A stretch of 64,000 nt of DNA from a virus (Duplodnaviria > Caudoviricetes). The position numbers and the translations under genes were made by a program. Where the stretch lies: positions 96,001 to 160,000 of IMG/VR virus record IMGVR_UViG_3300042013_000067; one strand, given 5' to 3'. Positions 27,107 to 36,065 of the stretch are shown piece after piece. Position 1 is the first letter of the stretch, and the number at the start of each line of letters is the position of its first letter. The notes below the pieces were generated by a model. That model saw only the letters and a program-made list of their open reading frames with translations, was not told the origin of the DNA and ran no database searches.

Positions 27107-29222
27107 ACATCACCTCCTCGTTCCAGTCCAGCGCATTACCAGCAACATTACCCCAGAACTCCACATTCGAACGATCATCGATGAAGACCGTGAAGCCCTT
27201 ACCGCAAGCAAAGTCCTGCACTGGGACGTCTACTTCGTTCTCGCAAGCAGGCACAGTACCGTACCAGCTGAGCTTACCGGTGTCCAACAACACCCCGGAG
27301 TGACTGAAAGAGCCGCTGATGCCGGTCGGGTTACCGACCGGTGCTGCGATCTCAGTCAACGTTACACCCGCCGTACGGTCGATGGTGTACACCTTCACCA
27401 CGTTTGGATCAGCACTCAGCTGGTCGCCAAACATCGCGATCAGATGGGTGTCGCTGATAACCATATCCAGCAACTGGTCCAGCAGACTCGCGGTTGTCCA
27501 TGCTGTGATCAAGGCATCAAAGGCGGTAACGAATGCAGCCAAGCCGTAAGCATACACGGTGGCTGTCTCGTCTGTGTACACCACCATCTCACCTGCTTGG
27601 GCGTTCTCAGTGTTGCACCATACCTCGGTGCAGGTGGAACTGAGTTGCGAGGCGTTGGCTGGACCGGTGGTGCGTACCAGACGACCGTCTTCGCACTGGA
27701 TGTAGATCGCGGTCTTGGTGGCCACGATCTTACCCGCTGCGTTGGCTGGAACGAAACTCCCGCCAGTAGCATAGGACGTGTGTGGCGTCAGGGCACCGGC
27801 GGCGTTGTGCTTGGTAACCGAACCGTTGGCCGCAATAGACAGGACGTTGTTACTGTGGATGACTTGCCCACCAGTACCGCTGGTCACAATCGGTGGGTAG
27901 GTCAGGCTTGGCAGTGCTTTGAGATGGGCTTCACCTTGGGCACCGACGATGGCGTAACCACCCTCCCCAGCATAAGCTTCACTTGGACGCAGTGCATCAC
28001 GTGCCACGTTGCTGGTATTGAGGTCGGCCGTGTAAGTAGACCCGACACCACTGATCAATGCCGTACCGTCAACGATCGCTGCGGACGTCTGAGTCAGCTG
28101 GTCTTCCATCTCGGCTTCTTCGACGACCAAGTCCATGAACTGGGCAAAGTCATAACCGTTGAAACGTACAGCATCGCCTGAACCACTGGCGTTGATCAAG
28201 TCTTGAATCTGAGCCGTGGTCAACGTACCCACTTGCGCAGCCGTGACTTGATGCGGGTTATCACGCCGAGCAATGAAGGTCTGCAGCTCCAGTTCCAACG
28301 AATCCAAACGACCGGTAGGCATGGTAGCCTGGATCATCAGTGCGGTGGAGTAGGGCGACATCAATGCCGCATCGTTCAGTGGATCAATCGCTTGAGCCGC
28401 GGTCGCCAGTGGCAAGTTCGGGGTCAGGGGCAAACCTACCTGAGCCTTGGTGACCTCGTGTGGGTTGGCCTTGTTGTTGATGTGCGCATTCAGTGGGGTC
28501 AGCGCAAAGTTGTTGATTGCGTGATACACCGTACGCGGCGTGGTGTAACCACTCGCGAAGTTGACGTTCAGTGCTTCGACCAAAGTTGCCAGTGGTAAGT
28601 TTACCACCAGACCCAAACCAACCTGAGCGGCCGTTACTTGGTGTGGGTTACTGCGGTTGTCGATGTGAGATTGACTCGAACCGGCGGCTGCGGCTTCAAC
28701 GGCTGCAGCGATACCCTGGATCGCTTCTTCAAGATCATCACTGCCCACCAAGCGATCCACGGATTGATCGTGGGCGATTGTAGGGAAGCGAGCAGGCAGA
28801 CCATCGATCTGTTCCCAAGAACGCACGATGGGGTTGAGTTGTTTGTTCGAGAGCTCAGCCAGAATCGCGTTAGCACTGAAGCCCCATTGCCCACCGACTG
28901 TGTGATAACGCAGACGGATGTTACCGACAATGGACTTCTTGAGAATTCGGATCGAACCTGCGATCGGTCGTTTCAACGACTTCATCGCATCGACGAAATA
29001 GTGCCCGATAACGTAGTCGGTACCTTCGGCGTACTCCACACCTGTAACGTGGTTGTACACTTTCAGGGTTTCAACGTAATAGGGCGCCGCATGCGGGATA
29101 ATGAAGTAGTAATCATCCAGCCCCGGCGTCTGTAACGTTTGGACCTCGGCTGTGATTAGGTTAAGCGGATTGGAGCAATATAGGTCCTCATCATAAAGAC
29201 CGGTATCGGAATGCGTGGACAT
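27093..29222 (-). CDS. Tail fibre protein (gp146-like) with three NPH repeats and an RCC1-like beta-propeller C-terminus
   Basis: Start ATG 29222 (AGGAG SD); N-terminal NP.NLI..E motif; C-terminal blades such as VQDFACGKGFTVFIDDRSNVEFWG. Confidence 0.75.
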   Translation of the reverse strand: MSTHSDTGLYDEDLYCSNPLNLITAEVQTLQTPGLDDYYFIIPHAAPYYVETLKVYNHVTGVEYAEGTDYVIGHYFVDAMKSLKRPIAGSIRILKKSIVGNIRLRYHTVGGQWGFSANAILAELSNKQLNPIVRSWEQIDGLPARFPTIAHDQSVDRLVGSDDLEEAIQGIAAAVEAAAAGSSQSHIDNRSNPHQVTAAQVGLGLVVNLPLATLVEALNVNFASGYTTPRTVYHAINNFALTPLNAHINNKANPHEVTKAQVGLPLTPNLPLATAAQAIDPLNDAALMSPYSTALMIQATMPTGRLDSLELELQTFIARRDNPHQVTAAQVGTLTTAQIQDLINASGSGDAVRFNGYDFAQFMDLVVEEAEMEDQLTQTSAAIVDGTALISGVGSTYTADLNTSNVARDALRPSEAYAGEGGYAIVGAQGEAHLKALPSLTYPPIVTSGTGGQVIHSNNVLSIAANGSVTKHNAAGALTPHTSYATGGSFVPANAAGKIVATKTAIYIQCEDGRLVRTTGPANASQLSSTCTEVWCNTENAQAGEMVVYTDETATVYAYGLAAFVTAFDALITAWTTASLLDQLLDMVISDTHLIAMFGDQLSADPNVVKVYTIDRTAGVTLTEIAAPVGNPTGISGSFSHSGVLLDTGKLSWYGTVPACENEVDVPVQDFACGKGFTVFIDDRSNVEFWGNVAGNALDWNEEVMYEHV

Positions 29223-29334
29223 GTGGGTCTCCTGCGTGACGACAACCCTTTCGTGAAAAAATACGAGCACATAGAATTGTCGGCTAAAGATGTAACTATA
29301 ATAATGATGTGGACATTTTAACGAGGAGAGCCTC

Positions 29335-30585
29335 ATGTATCAGCTAGTGCGTGCACGCCACCGTAAGGATCGTCGTGCTGGCCGTTGGGTCGAAGCCGAT
29401 CTTAGCAATGCGCTGGTGTCTACCCTCTCCACGGTTTATGGTGATGTTTTCCTCTACATTACTTGGCCTGGATTGACTGGGGTGAAAGCACTACGCTTTG
29501 ATAATACCGCATTGTTCCGTCAAGGCATTGCCGCTGACTTAACCGTGCAAGCGTGGTTGACCAACCTAGGTAACACCACCCTACCCTGGGAAGCCATAGC
29601 ACCGGACGAAACCATCCGTTTGGTGGAATACGGGCAAGCGTGGCATATGGGCTACGACATTCAAACCCGTGGTCGTAACGGCAATATCAATTCCAGTGTC
29701 AGCTCCTATGTCCAAGAGGACTTAATGCTGACACACCCTAATCCCAAATTCACACCACAGTACATCGATGATTACTCAATCTTCTCCGTAAACGGTTTCT
29801 ACCATCTGTCTGACTGGGGCACTGATGGTGTTCGCATCGTGGACGGGAATAAGACTGTTCGTCGCAGTAACGATAACCAAGTGGGTCTAACCAGCTTCGA
29901 AAACATTGGCAAGATCCGCAAGGTTCCTATTACGGCAGATATGCTAAGCAAGCAGAATCAGAACACCCTGTACAGTTCGGTGACTTACGTTACCCTACCT
30001 CCGACAGTGGACCTGGTTAATAAGACGGTAATGCTGATTCTCGGTGGCTACATGTCTCCGTTCAGCAAGTCTTATCTGCGTACTGGCGACCGTACATGGC
30101 GGTTGGACTTGAAGAACAATCTGTTCCTTGAGCGTTACATCGAGAGCGTCAAGGGTATGGACATGTCGGCCTTAGGGTTGTCAGACGATCCCAACAACCG
30201 TACGTTGTTCTCCGTGCAAGAGATGTTGAGCGATTCGGCGATGGTGGCTTACCTTACCATGTCGCAGTCCTTCTTCGTAATCATCGATGCACCGAGCATG
30301 TTCCATGACTTGGTGCCGTTAGAGTACGCAGGCTTTCCGGGTCGTTATCTAAACCGGGATGGTCGACAACTACCGGTGGTGGGTGCTTACGGTCGAGCGC
30401 TGGAATACCACACTATCCACGAACACGGCATCTGGGTTTACGCAGCGTCCAACAACATGCGTTTTGACTACACGGCCAACTTTGGTAACTGGACCAATGA
30501 CACGTTGGTGAATGGTGGTCTGTATCCATACACCCCGCGGCGTCCAGCTGAGGCTTACTTGCGTATCCTTGGCACTGAAGGCTAA
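29335..30585 (+). CDS. Virion structural protein (conserved phiKZ-like family)
   Basis: 416 aa, GAGGAG SD; DL.LTH and FSVNG.YH motifs; divergent from the tail operon. Confidence 0.65.
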   Translation: MYQLVRARHRKDRRAGRWVEADLSNALVSTLSTVYGDVFLYITWPGLTGVKALRFDNTALFRQGIAADLTVQAWLTNLGNTTLPWEAIAPDETIRLVEYGQAWHMGYDIQTRGRNGNINSSVSSYVQEDLMLTHPNPKFTPQYIDDYSIFSVNGFYHLSDWGTDGVRIVDGNKTVRRSNDNQVGLTSFENIGKIRKVPITADMLSKQNQNTLYSSVTYVTLPPTVDLVNKTVMLILGGYMSPFSKSYLRTGDRTWRLDLKNNLFLERYIESVKGMDMSALGLSDDPNNRTLFSVQEMLSDSAMVAYLTMSQSFFVIIDAPSMFHDLVPLEYAGFPGRYLNRDGRQLPVVGAYGRALEYHTIHEHGIWVYAASNNMRFDYTANFGNWTNDTLVNGGLYPYTPRRPAEAYLRILGTEG

Positions 30586-30588
30586 ACA

Positions 30589-30629
30589 CGGCATAAAGCC
30601 CCTCCCATCACGGGAGGGGCCTATGTCCG
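30589..30629. terminator. Palindromic intergenic element
   Basis: CGGCATAAAGCCCCTCCC ATCAC GGGAGGGGCCTATGTCCG between convergent genes. Confidence 0.75.
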
Positions 30630-30631
30630 CC

Positions 30632-31333
30632 TCATACGGGGCGGAACACACTGAAGCATGATGCGTCGATGAAATGGATGTTCATGTATTCCATCAAGTA
30701 CAGACGGAACTTAGTGACTTCATCCTGTTTGTCTTCGATAGACAGTCGGGAGGCGTCATGCTCAAACAACCTCGGTACGATCAGGTTAAACCCTTGGGTC
30801 CGATTCAACACCAAGTTCTTCAGATGGATTTTGATCCAGTCATTGAACAAGTACATGAAACCCAGTGCGTAGGTATCGGTGAGGAACTTCGGCGTGACGG
30901 CCTCAGGGGGTCTGGACATGAACGTAATGCGTGGTTTAAACCCAAGACGATAGACAAAGAAATCAATAAAGGCTTCCATCTCGATATCGTCGAACGTGTA
31001 TGGCCAGATGTTGACGTCGATTGCCATCTCGCGGTTAGGACGACCATCATTCATGGCAATCTCGTTTTCACTGATCATCTTGATCAACGGGGCGAAGATG
31101 TTGGTCATCACTGAGGCGTGCAGCGTCGCGTTATCGCGTTTAGCGAAACGTTCCTGGAACTCAGCCTCGCCGATCTTACCACCGGTGAGTTTATGCCAGT
31201 GGTCTGATTCACGAAACCAATAGTCGTCACGCTTGAGTAGATCAGTCGCTACCTGTGGGTAGATAACACCTAGAGTAGCTAGTCGAGTGTCGAAGATAGA
31301 TTCGAGGTCAATGTAAACCCTAGACAGATCCAT
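30632..31333 (-). CDS. Conserved hypothetical protein, HAD-like N-terminal motif
   Basis: VYIDLESIFDTRL resembles HAD motif I; TAATG coupling with the upstream gene. Confidence 0.6.
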   Translation of the reverse strand: MDLSRVYIDLESIFDTRLATLGVIYPQVATDLLKRDDYWFRESDHWHKLTGGKIGEAEFQERFAKRDNATLHASVMTNIFAPLIKMISENEIAMNDGRPNREMAIDVNIWPYTFDDIEMEAFIDFFVYRLGFKPRITFMSRPPEAVTPKFLTDTYALGFMYLFNDWIKIHLKNLVLNRTQGFNLIVPRLFEHDASRLSIEDKQDEVTKFRLYLMEYMNIHFIDASCFSVFRPV

Positions 31334-31797
31334 TAGACTTGCACCACCGTCCACAGGTCACGGAACATCAACACGGACATCAGACCCACGAGGCCAGGGA
31401 TCGTAGCCGCATTGAAACCGACGGATGCTTTGGCGCTAATGGTTTCGATAAAGTCTTTATCGACCACCTGATCATTCATGGCAGTAGTCAAGAACATGGC
31501 GTTGATTGCCGCTAGGAATTCATCATGCATCCCTTCGAGGGTCATTAGTCCTAGGCAGATACGTTCGAACTTGATCAGGGTCATGTGTACCGGCACGTCA
31601 TTACGGATCTCATCCCACAGGCCCGTACGGATAGCGGTAGAGCCAGCGTGGAACCAGTTCTGATTCGCAGCGATGGTGTCAACGGTCTGTACCACAGCAT
31701 CCATGACCTTACGGCTAGAATCTTTGGTAAAGGCGGCCAAGAGGTTATGCAAGGCCAAAGCGTATTGCTTACGGCACTGATCGACACGGGAGTCCAT
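31333..31797 (-). CDS. Hypothetical protein
   Basis: 154 aa, AAGGA SD, co-oriented in the operon. Confidence 0.7.
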   Translation of the reverse strand: MDSRVDQCRKQYALALHNLLAAFTKDSSRKVMDAVVQTVDTIAANQNWFHAGSTAIRTGLWDEIRNDVPVHMTLIKFERICLGLMTLEGMHDEFLAAINAMFLTTAMNDQVVDKDFIETISAKASVGFNAATIPGLVGLMSVLMFRDLWTVVQV

Positions 31798-31812
31798 ATC
31801 GGTTCCTTGTGG

Positions 31813-32481
31813 TTAGAGATTATTTTGAATATGCATAGCCTTGAGGATAACCTTCAGGCTTTCGGTAGCTTTCACGGAGGAGGGTACTTGCGCCATGATC
31901 GAATCCAGCGACACACTGCCGGTCTCGTAAATGGCTTTGTTCATCGCAGCGTAAGACTTGGCGTCACCAGCACGGAACTTAACCAGCTCCAGCAGCATCT
32001 TATCCAAGCCCTTAGACAAGTTAACCTGAATCTCCGGGTAAGACATCCGAGACCCTTTAGACACACCGGTAGCTTGACCGGTGAGTTGGTCAACCACATC
32101 ATCGGATTCTGGAACCGACATCTTCGAATCACGGGTCTGTGCTTGACGACGGAATGCCACTTTACCCACCATGTATTTGGCGGGGGTCTTACGCAATACG
32201 CCAGTGTCTTGGTCGGTAAGGTACAGGTGCTGGAACAATGGAAAACCCATCTCTTCCCCAACTTCGATATTGCGAGTCAGGTTAAGTTTGGTTTCCTGTA
32301 GATTCGCATGGAACAGGGCTAGGATCTCTTCGCCGTTCGCCAAGCGTTCCATCCAGTCATCGAACTGTTCGTCACTGGTGCGTTCCAGCACCTCTTTATA
32401 AATCTTGATGTTGTGGCCGTCCGGTAGAATCCGTTCGACAAAGTAGAGCAGTTCTTTTTCCGCGAGTTCACGCATGGACAT
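31813..32481 (-). CDS. Virion RNA polymerase beta-subunit C-terminal fragment (phiKZ gp149-like)
   Basis: RRQAQ..DSK.S..........TGQ..G.SKGSR.SYPE aligns conceptually with the RpoB C-terminal GGQRxGEME region; synteny with UvsX. Confidence 0.75.
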   Translation of the reverse strand: MSMRELAEKELLYFVERILPDGHNIKIYKEVLERTSDEQFDDWMERLANGEEILALFHANLQETKLNLTRNIEVGEEMGFPLFQHLYLTDQDTGVLRKTPAKYMVGKVAFRRQAQTRDSKMSVPESDDVVDQLTGQATGVSKGSRMSYPEIQVNLSKGLDKMLLELVKFRAGDAKSYAAMNKAIYETGSVSLDSIMAQVPSSVKATESLKVILKAMHIQNNL

Positions 32482-32608
32482 GATAAGCCCCAGTAAAAAA
32501 TGGATCAACATACTATTCCTTTTCCAGTTGAAGTTTGCATGAGACGGCATAAAGGAAGGCACCGCAGTACCTTCCTCTAAGAGGGGACTTGTGGCCACAG
32601 AGAATCCA

Positions 32609-32965
32609 TCAATGTGCTGCTGCAAGGCCAATACCGCGTTTAGCCAGTGTGGTCAAGTCCGTGTAATACGAACTAACACGCAGACTGGTGTTTTGCGGGA
32701 AGCGGTTCAGCATGAGGAAGGGGAGGATGTTGACCAAGAAGGACTCTGCCCACACACTGAAGTCAGTCGTATCAACCAGTTGCACACGCATGTTAAACGT
32801 GTCTACTGGGTATTGCGCCAGTACCTGGTGAAAGAATGCATTAAGCTCCCGGATTGAACGAACATCACGGGGGCAGCGGTGGTGAAAATCTTCGGCCAAC
32901 TCTACGTCACGCGAACGGATCAGGTAGAAGGCTTGGGCGACCATGCTGGTCTTTGGACTTGCCAT
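32609..32965 (-). CDS. Hypothetical protein
   Basis: Start ATG 32965 behind GAGG SD. Confidence 0.6.
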   Translation of the reverse strand: MASPKTSMVAQAFYLIRSRDVELAEDFHHRCPRDVRSIRELNAFFHQVLAQYPVDTFNMRVQLVDTTDFSVWAESFLVNILPFLMLNRFPQNTSLRVSSYYTDLTTLAKRGIGLAAAH

Positions 32966-33037
32966 GGGGTATTTCCTCGGATAAATTGCAAACGGGTGCA
33001 TCGTGCCATGCTCAGTCCCTTTTGGTATTGATTATTA

Positions 33038-33391
33038 TTAGCCGATCTCGGCTATGTGCTTGACAGTCGTTATTCGGCCTAGGTAGTCCGCAAGTAAGTG
33101 CCGGTGACAGAACTTACCTCGCGGACAGTAACAACCTACAGCCACTTTTTCTATACGCAGCAGAGCGGCCCAGAACTCCGGGTTCACTCGACGGCTATAG
33201 TCCAGTATGCGATAGTACAGGCGGGTATATTTTTCCTCGGTGATTCTACCCTGCTTAATACCCATCACCATATCCCAAGTGGGGGCGAGTTGGCTGTAGC
33301 CACTCTTGACAGTGGTATCTAAAACAACGATATCACTGCCAAGAGCTTTCACTACACGCCACTTTGCAATCTGGTACGTGTAGAGTTCCAT
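33038..33391 (-). CDS. DUF488-like protein
   Basis: LAPTWDM, FW..LL....VA.GCYC..GKFCHR.LLA.YL motifs. Confidence 0.75.
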   Translation of the reverse strand: MELYTYQIAKWRVVKALGSDIVVLDTTVKSGYSQLAPTWDMVMGIKQGRITEEKYTRLYYRILDYSRRVNPEFWAALLRIEKVAVGCYCPRGKFCHRHLLADYLGRITTVKHIAEIG

Positions 33392-33394
33392 GCG

Positions 33395-34882
33395 TTAGGC
33401 CGCCAATGGTGTCGAGACAGGAAGGGCTTTCGCACCGGCTTGCAGACGGGCCACGTTGAACTTGAGCGCCGACGCTTTAAGGCGTTCGCGGTCTGCTTCA
33501 GGCAACCAGTATGGCACGTACAGGCCTTTACGCATACGCAGCAAGTCCATGGTGGAGAGGAACTGCTGCGGGTGCAGGTGTTCTTCTTCCCGGAAGACCC
33601 AGAAGCCACGTGTATTCAACAACACGCTCCAATCGTAGCCGATCGCTTTGAGATCGTCATACAATTCCTTAGGCGTGGTGAACACACCCTCAGCATCAGT
33701 GCGGTGGAACTGGATCAGCTGCAACATTTCAGACTGTATCTCAGTCGCCCGGCGCAGGGTTACGCTGTCGTTCAGCTTGGCCCGTACTGTGGTACGCGAC
33801 AGGTTAACGTCAGGCACGAGTGCAAGCTGGTAGTTAACGTTGTTGCCTTCGATACCGAAACCGTTTTCACGGCAGTAGTGGAACTCAGTGAGCGATGGCA
33901 GGTAGCCTTCGGTCTGAGACATGATCATCGGCATACCCATGCCGGTGATGCCACCCTTGCCACGCAGGTTCTGGATTTCTAACAGCTTGAGGTCGGCGTC
34001 GCCTTCCATGGCTGTACGGTTGTCCAGTGGGTACTGCGGCATCTTCTCTTTGTTCACGAGCGGTTTGTTGCTCATGATGTCCCACACGTTGTGCGGCATC
34101 GAGTAGAAGCCTGGACCGACACCTTTGATCACGGTGTCTTTCTTCATGTGGCTGAGGTTACGCTTGTCGGTTGGGTACATCTCCATGTTGATGATGTCGC
34201 CAACGTGCGCAGTCATGATGACGTACGAACCGGTTTGTGCAGCCATGGTTGGCATCTGGTTGAACAGCTGCGTCTTGGCCTTGCCGCTGGTCATGGCGTC
34301 AGTGTTGTTCTTGCTGTCGCCGACCTTGTTCTTGTCGTACATGTCCTGCACTTCTTTGATCTGGAACTTCGAGAAGCTGTCGATCAGCAGGCTAGTAGGC
34401 ATGTACGCTTGACGGTATTCACCGTCGCGGTCAATGAACGGTGTGGTGAAGATGTTCTTCTTCGGATCGCTGGTCTTCTTGTAGACTTCGTCACGGAACA
34501 GTTTCATCAGGATGTCGCCAGTGTAGCGCGACAAGTCGGTGAAGGTGAACTTATCGTCGTTGTCCCAATCGATCGCTGCCAGTTCAGCGAATGCCAAACT
34601 GATGGTTTGGAAACGGACGATAGGGGACAGCGTACCTTCGGTGTCGTAGATCAAACCGTAGGCGTTCTGGAACGCACGACGGATCATGGCTTGCATGAAG
34701 ATCGCGAGTGCGGTCTTGAAGTTGTTGGGTCGGGAAGCGATGCCGGTCAGCGGACCAACACCACCGTTCATAATGGACTCGCCGTGCTTGCCGAATTCAT
34801 AGTGACCTGTAGGAACGTCGTACATCCCACCCACGTTCAGTGAGGGGCGAAACAGGGGTTTCTCAATTACTTTGCCAAACAT
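33395..34882 (-). CDS. uvsX: RecA/UvsX-like recombinase (phiKZ gp152-like)
   Basis: Variant Walker A GIASRPNNFKT, IYDTEGT, Walker B LLIDSFS, IMTAH; start ATG 34882 (AAGGA SD). Confidence 0.8.
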   Translation of the reverse strand: MFGKVIEKPLFRPSLNVGGMYDVPTGHYEFGKHGESIMNGGVGPLTGIASRPNNFKTALAIFMQAMIRRAFQNAYGLIYDTEGTLSPIVRFQTISLAFAELAAIDWDNDDKFTFTDLSRYTGDILMKLFRDEVYKKTSDPKKNIFTTPFIDRDGEYRQAYMPTSLLIDSFSKFQIKEVQDMYDKNKVGDSKNNTDAMTSGKAKTQLFNQMPTMAAQTGSYVIMTAHVGDIINMEMYPTDKRNLSHMKKDTVIKGVGPGFYSMPHNVWDIMSNKPLVNKEKMPQYPLDNRTAMEGDADLKLLEIQNLRGKGGITGMGMPMIMSQTEGYLPSLTEFHYCRENGFGIEGNNVNYQLALVPDVNLSRTTVRAKLNDSVTLRRATEIQSEMLQLIQFHRTDAEGVFTTPKELYDDLKAIGYDWSVLLNTRGFWVFREEEHLHPQQFLSTMDLLRMRKGLYVPYWLPEADRERLKASALKFNVARLQAGAKALPVSTPLAA

Positions 34883-34946
34883 GCGGTGGTCCTTCGCTGG
34901 AATAAAGTCAAGCCAACATTCAATAAGCACGAAGTGTAGAAAGTTC

Positions 34947-34993
34947 TTGACTCCATTGGATTTGAGAACTATATTGTCTTTGTGAATTAGGAA
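34947..34993 (+). promoter_or_regulatory. Repeated promoter, copy 1: TTGACT-17 bp-TATATT with conserved 33-bp block
   Basis: TTTGAGAACTATATTGTCTTTGTGAATTAGGAA (34961-34993) is identical to 52039-52071; precedes accessory genes. Confidence 0.75.
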
Positions 34994-35033
34994 ACTAAAT
35001 CATCTTACTAACCTTTCCTTCTAAGGAAAAACC

Positions 35034-35465
35034 ATGAACGCACGCTTGAAGTATCACGAGTACATGTTGCTTAACGACACCAACGTCGTAGAGCTTAACG
35101 ATAACCTCGATCAGTTGTGGGTTAAGGAGTCCCGTGTGATTCCCGCTGCAACGAAGACAGGTACGCGCAACATGTCCCACTGGCGCAAACACGACCTAGA
35201 CGATCTGGTGGGTGAAGCGCGGTTAGCTTATGATTTCATGCTCGCCGCTGAGTGCAGTGATGCAGCTCCTCTGGTGGAATACGAATTCCAACATGAAGAC
35301 GTATGTCATCGCCTGACCAAGTACTCGGCTCATCTGGTGTACCATGTCACCGCTCCTAAGCTGCAACTGGAACGCGTGGTGGTGGCCAAGGACGCTGATG
35401 CCTTGATCAACCACAGTTACGGCATTGGCGGTCTGTACTACCGACTGGTCACCGACCTGTCGTGA
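35034..35465 (+). CDS. Hypothetical protein (tandem paralog A)
   Basis: AAGGA SD; shares NxxVVELND..LWVKE..V...R..S.WRKHD with the next ORF. Confidence 0.8.
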   Translation: MNARLKYHEYMLLNDTNVVELNDNLDQLWVKESRVIPAATKTGTRNMSHWRKHDLDDLVGEARLAYDFMLAAECSDAAPLVEYEFQHEDVCHRLTKYSAHLVYHVTAPKLQLERVVVAKDADALINHSYGIGGLYYRLVTDLS

Positions 35466-35521
35466 TTAGAGGGAGCCTTCGGGCTCCCTGCTTTACCTAC
35501 CTTCCCTGTTAAGGAAAAGAA

Positions 35522-35977
35522 ATGGCTAAGATTAACCAGTACCAACAGTTCTTCCTGCTCGACAATACATACGTTGTCGAGTTGAACGACGATGCGGAAA
35601 TCCTCTGGGTGAAAGAGACCAAGGTGCTCGACGTGCCGCTTAAAGGTGGTAAGCGCACTGTCAGCAACTGGCGTAAACACGACGTCGAAGAAGTTGCTCT
35701 GCTGAGTGAGGGTGTGCGTGAGACGTACCGCATACTGCTATCGGCAGAGTGCGACACGATCGTGCCTGAAGCTGAGTATGAAGTGAAGTATAAGTTGTGG
35801 GGTGGTTACTACAACCATCGGTTGCAGAAGTACGCCAGTCACTGGGTGTATCATGCACAGGGTTCCATCAGCCATGGCGAACGTGTAGTGATCGCTAGGG
35901 ATGGTGAGACCTTGATCAACCACAGCAAGGGCATCGGGCAACTGTACCATGGTCTGATTGCAAGCCAGGCGGTATAG
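35522..35977 (+). CDS. Hypothetical protein (tandem paralog B)
   Basis: AAGGA SD; paralog of 35034..35465. Confidence 0.8.
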   Translation: MAKINQYQQFFLLDNTYVVELNDDAEILWVKETKVLDVPLKGGKRTVSNWRKHDVEEVALLSEGVRETYRILLSAECDTIVPEAEYEVKYKLWGGYYNHRLQKYASHWVYHAQGSISHGERVVIARDGETLINHSKGIGQLYHGLIASQAV

Positions 35978-35988
35978 TGTTAAGAGAA

Positions 35989-36022
35989 CGGGGGCCTTCG
36001 GGCTCCCTTTCTTTTTTCTTTT
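35989..36022 (+). terminator. Classical intrinsic terminator (TTCG loop plus T tract)
   Basis: GGGGGCC TTCG GGCTCCC TTTCTTTTTTCTTTT after the paralog pair. Confidence 0.75.
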
Positions 36023-36065
36023 GGATCATTCTATGAACTGAGCCACCCCGCCAAGGTATATACCC

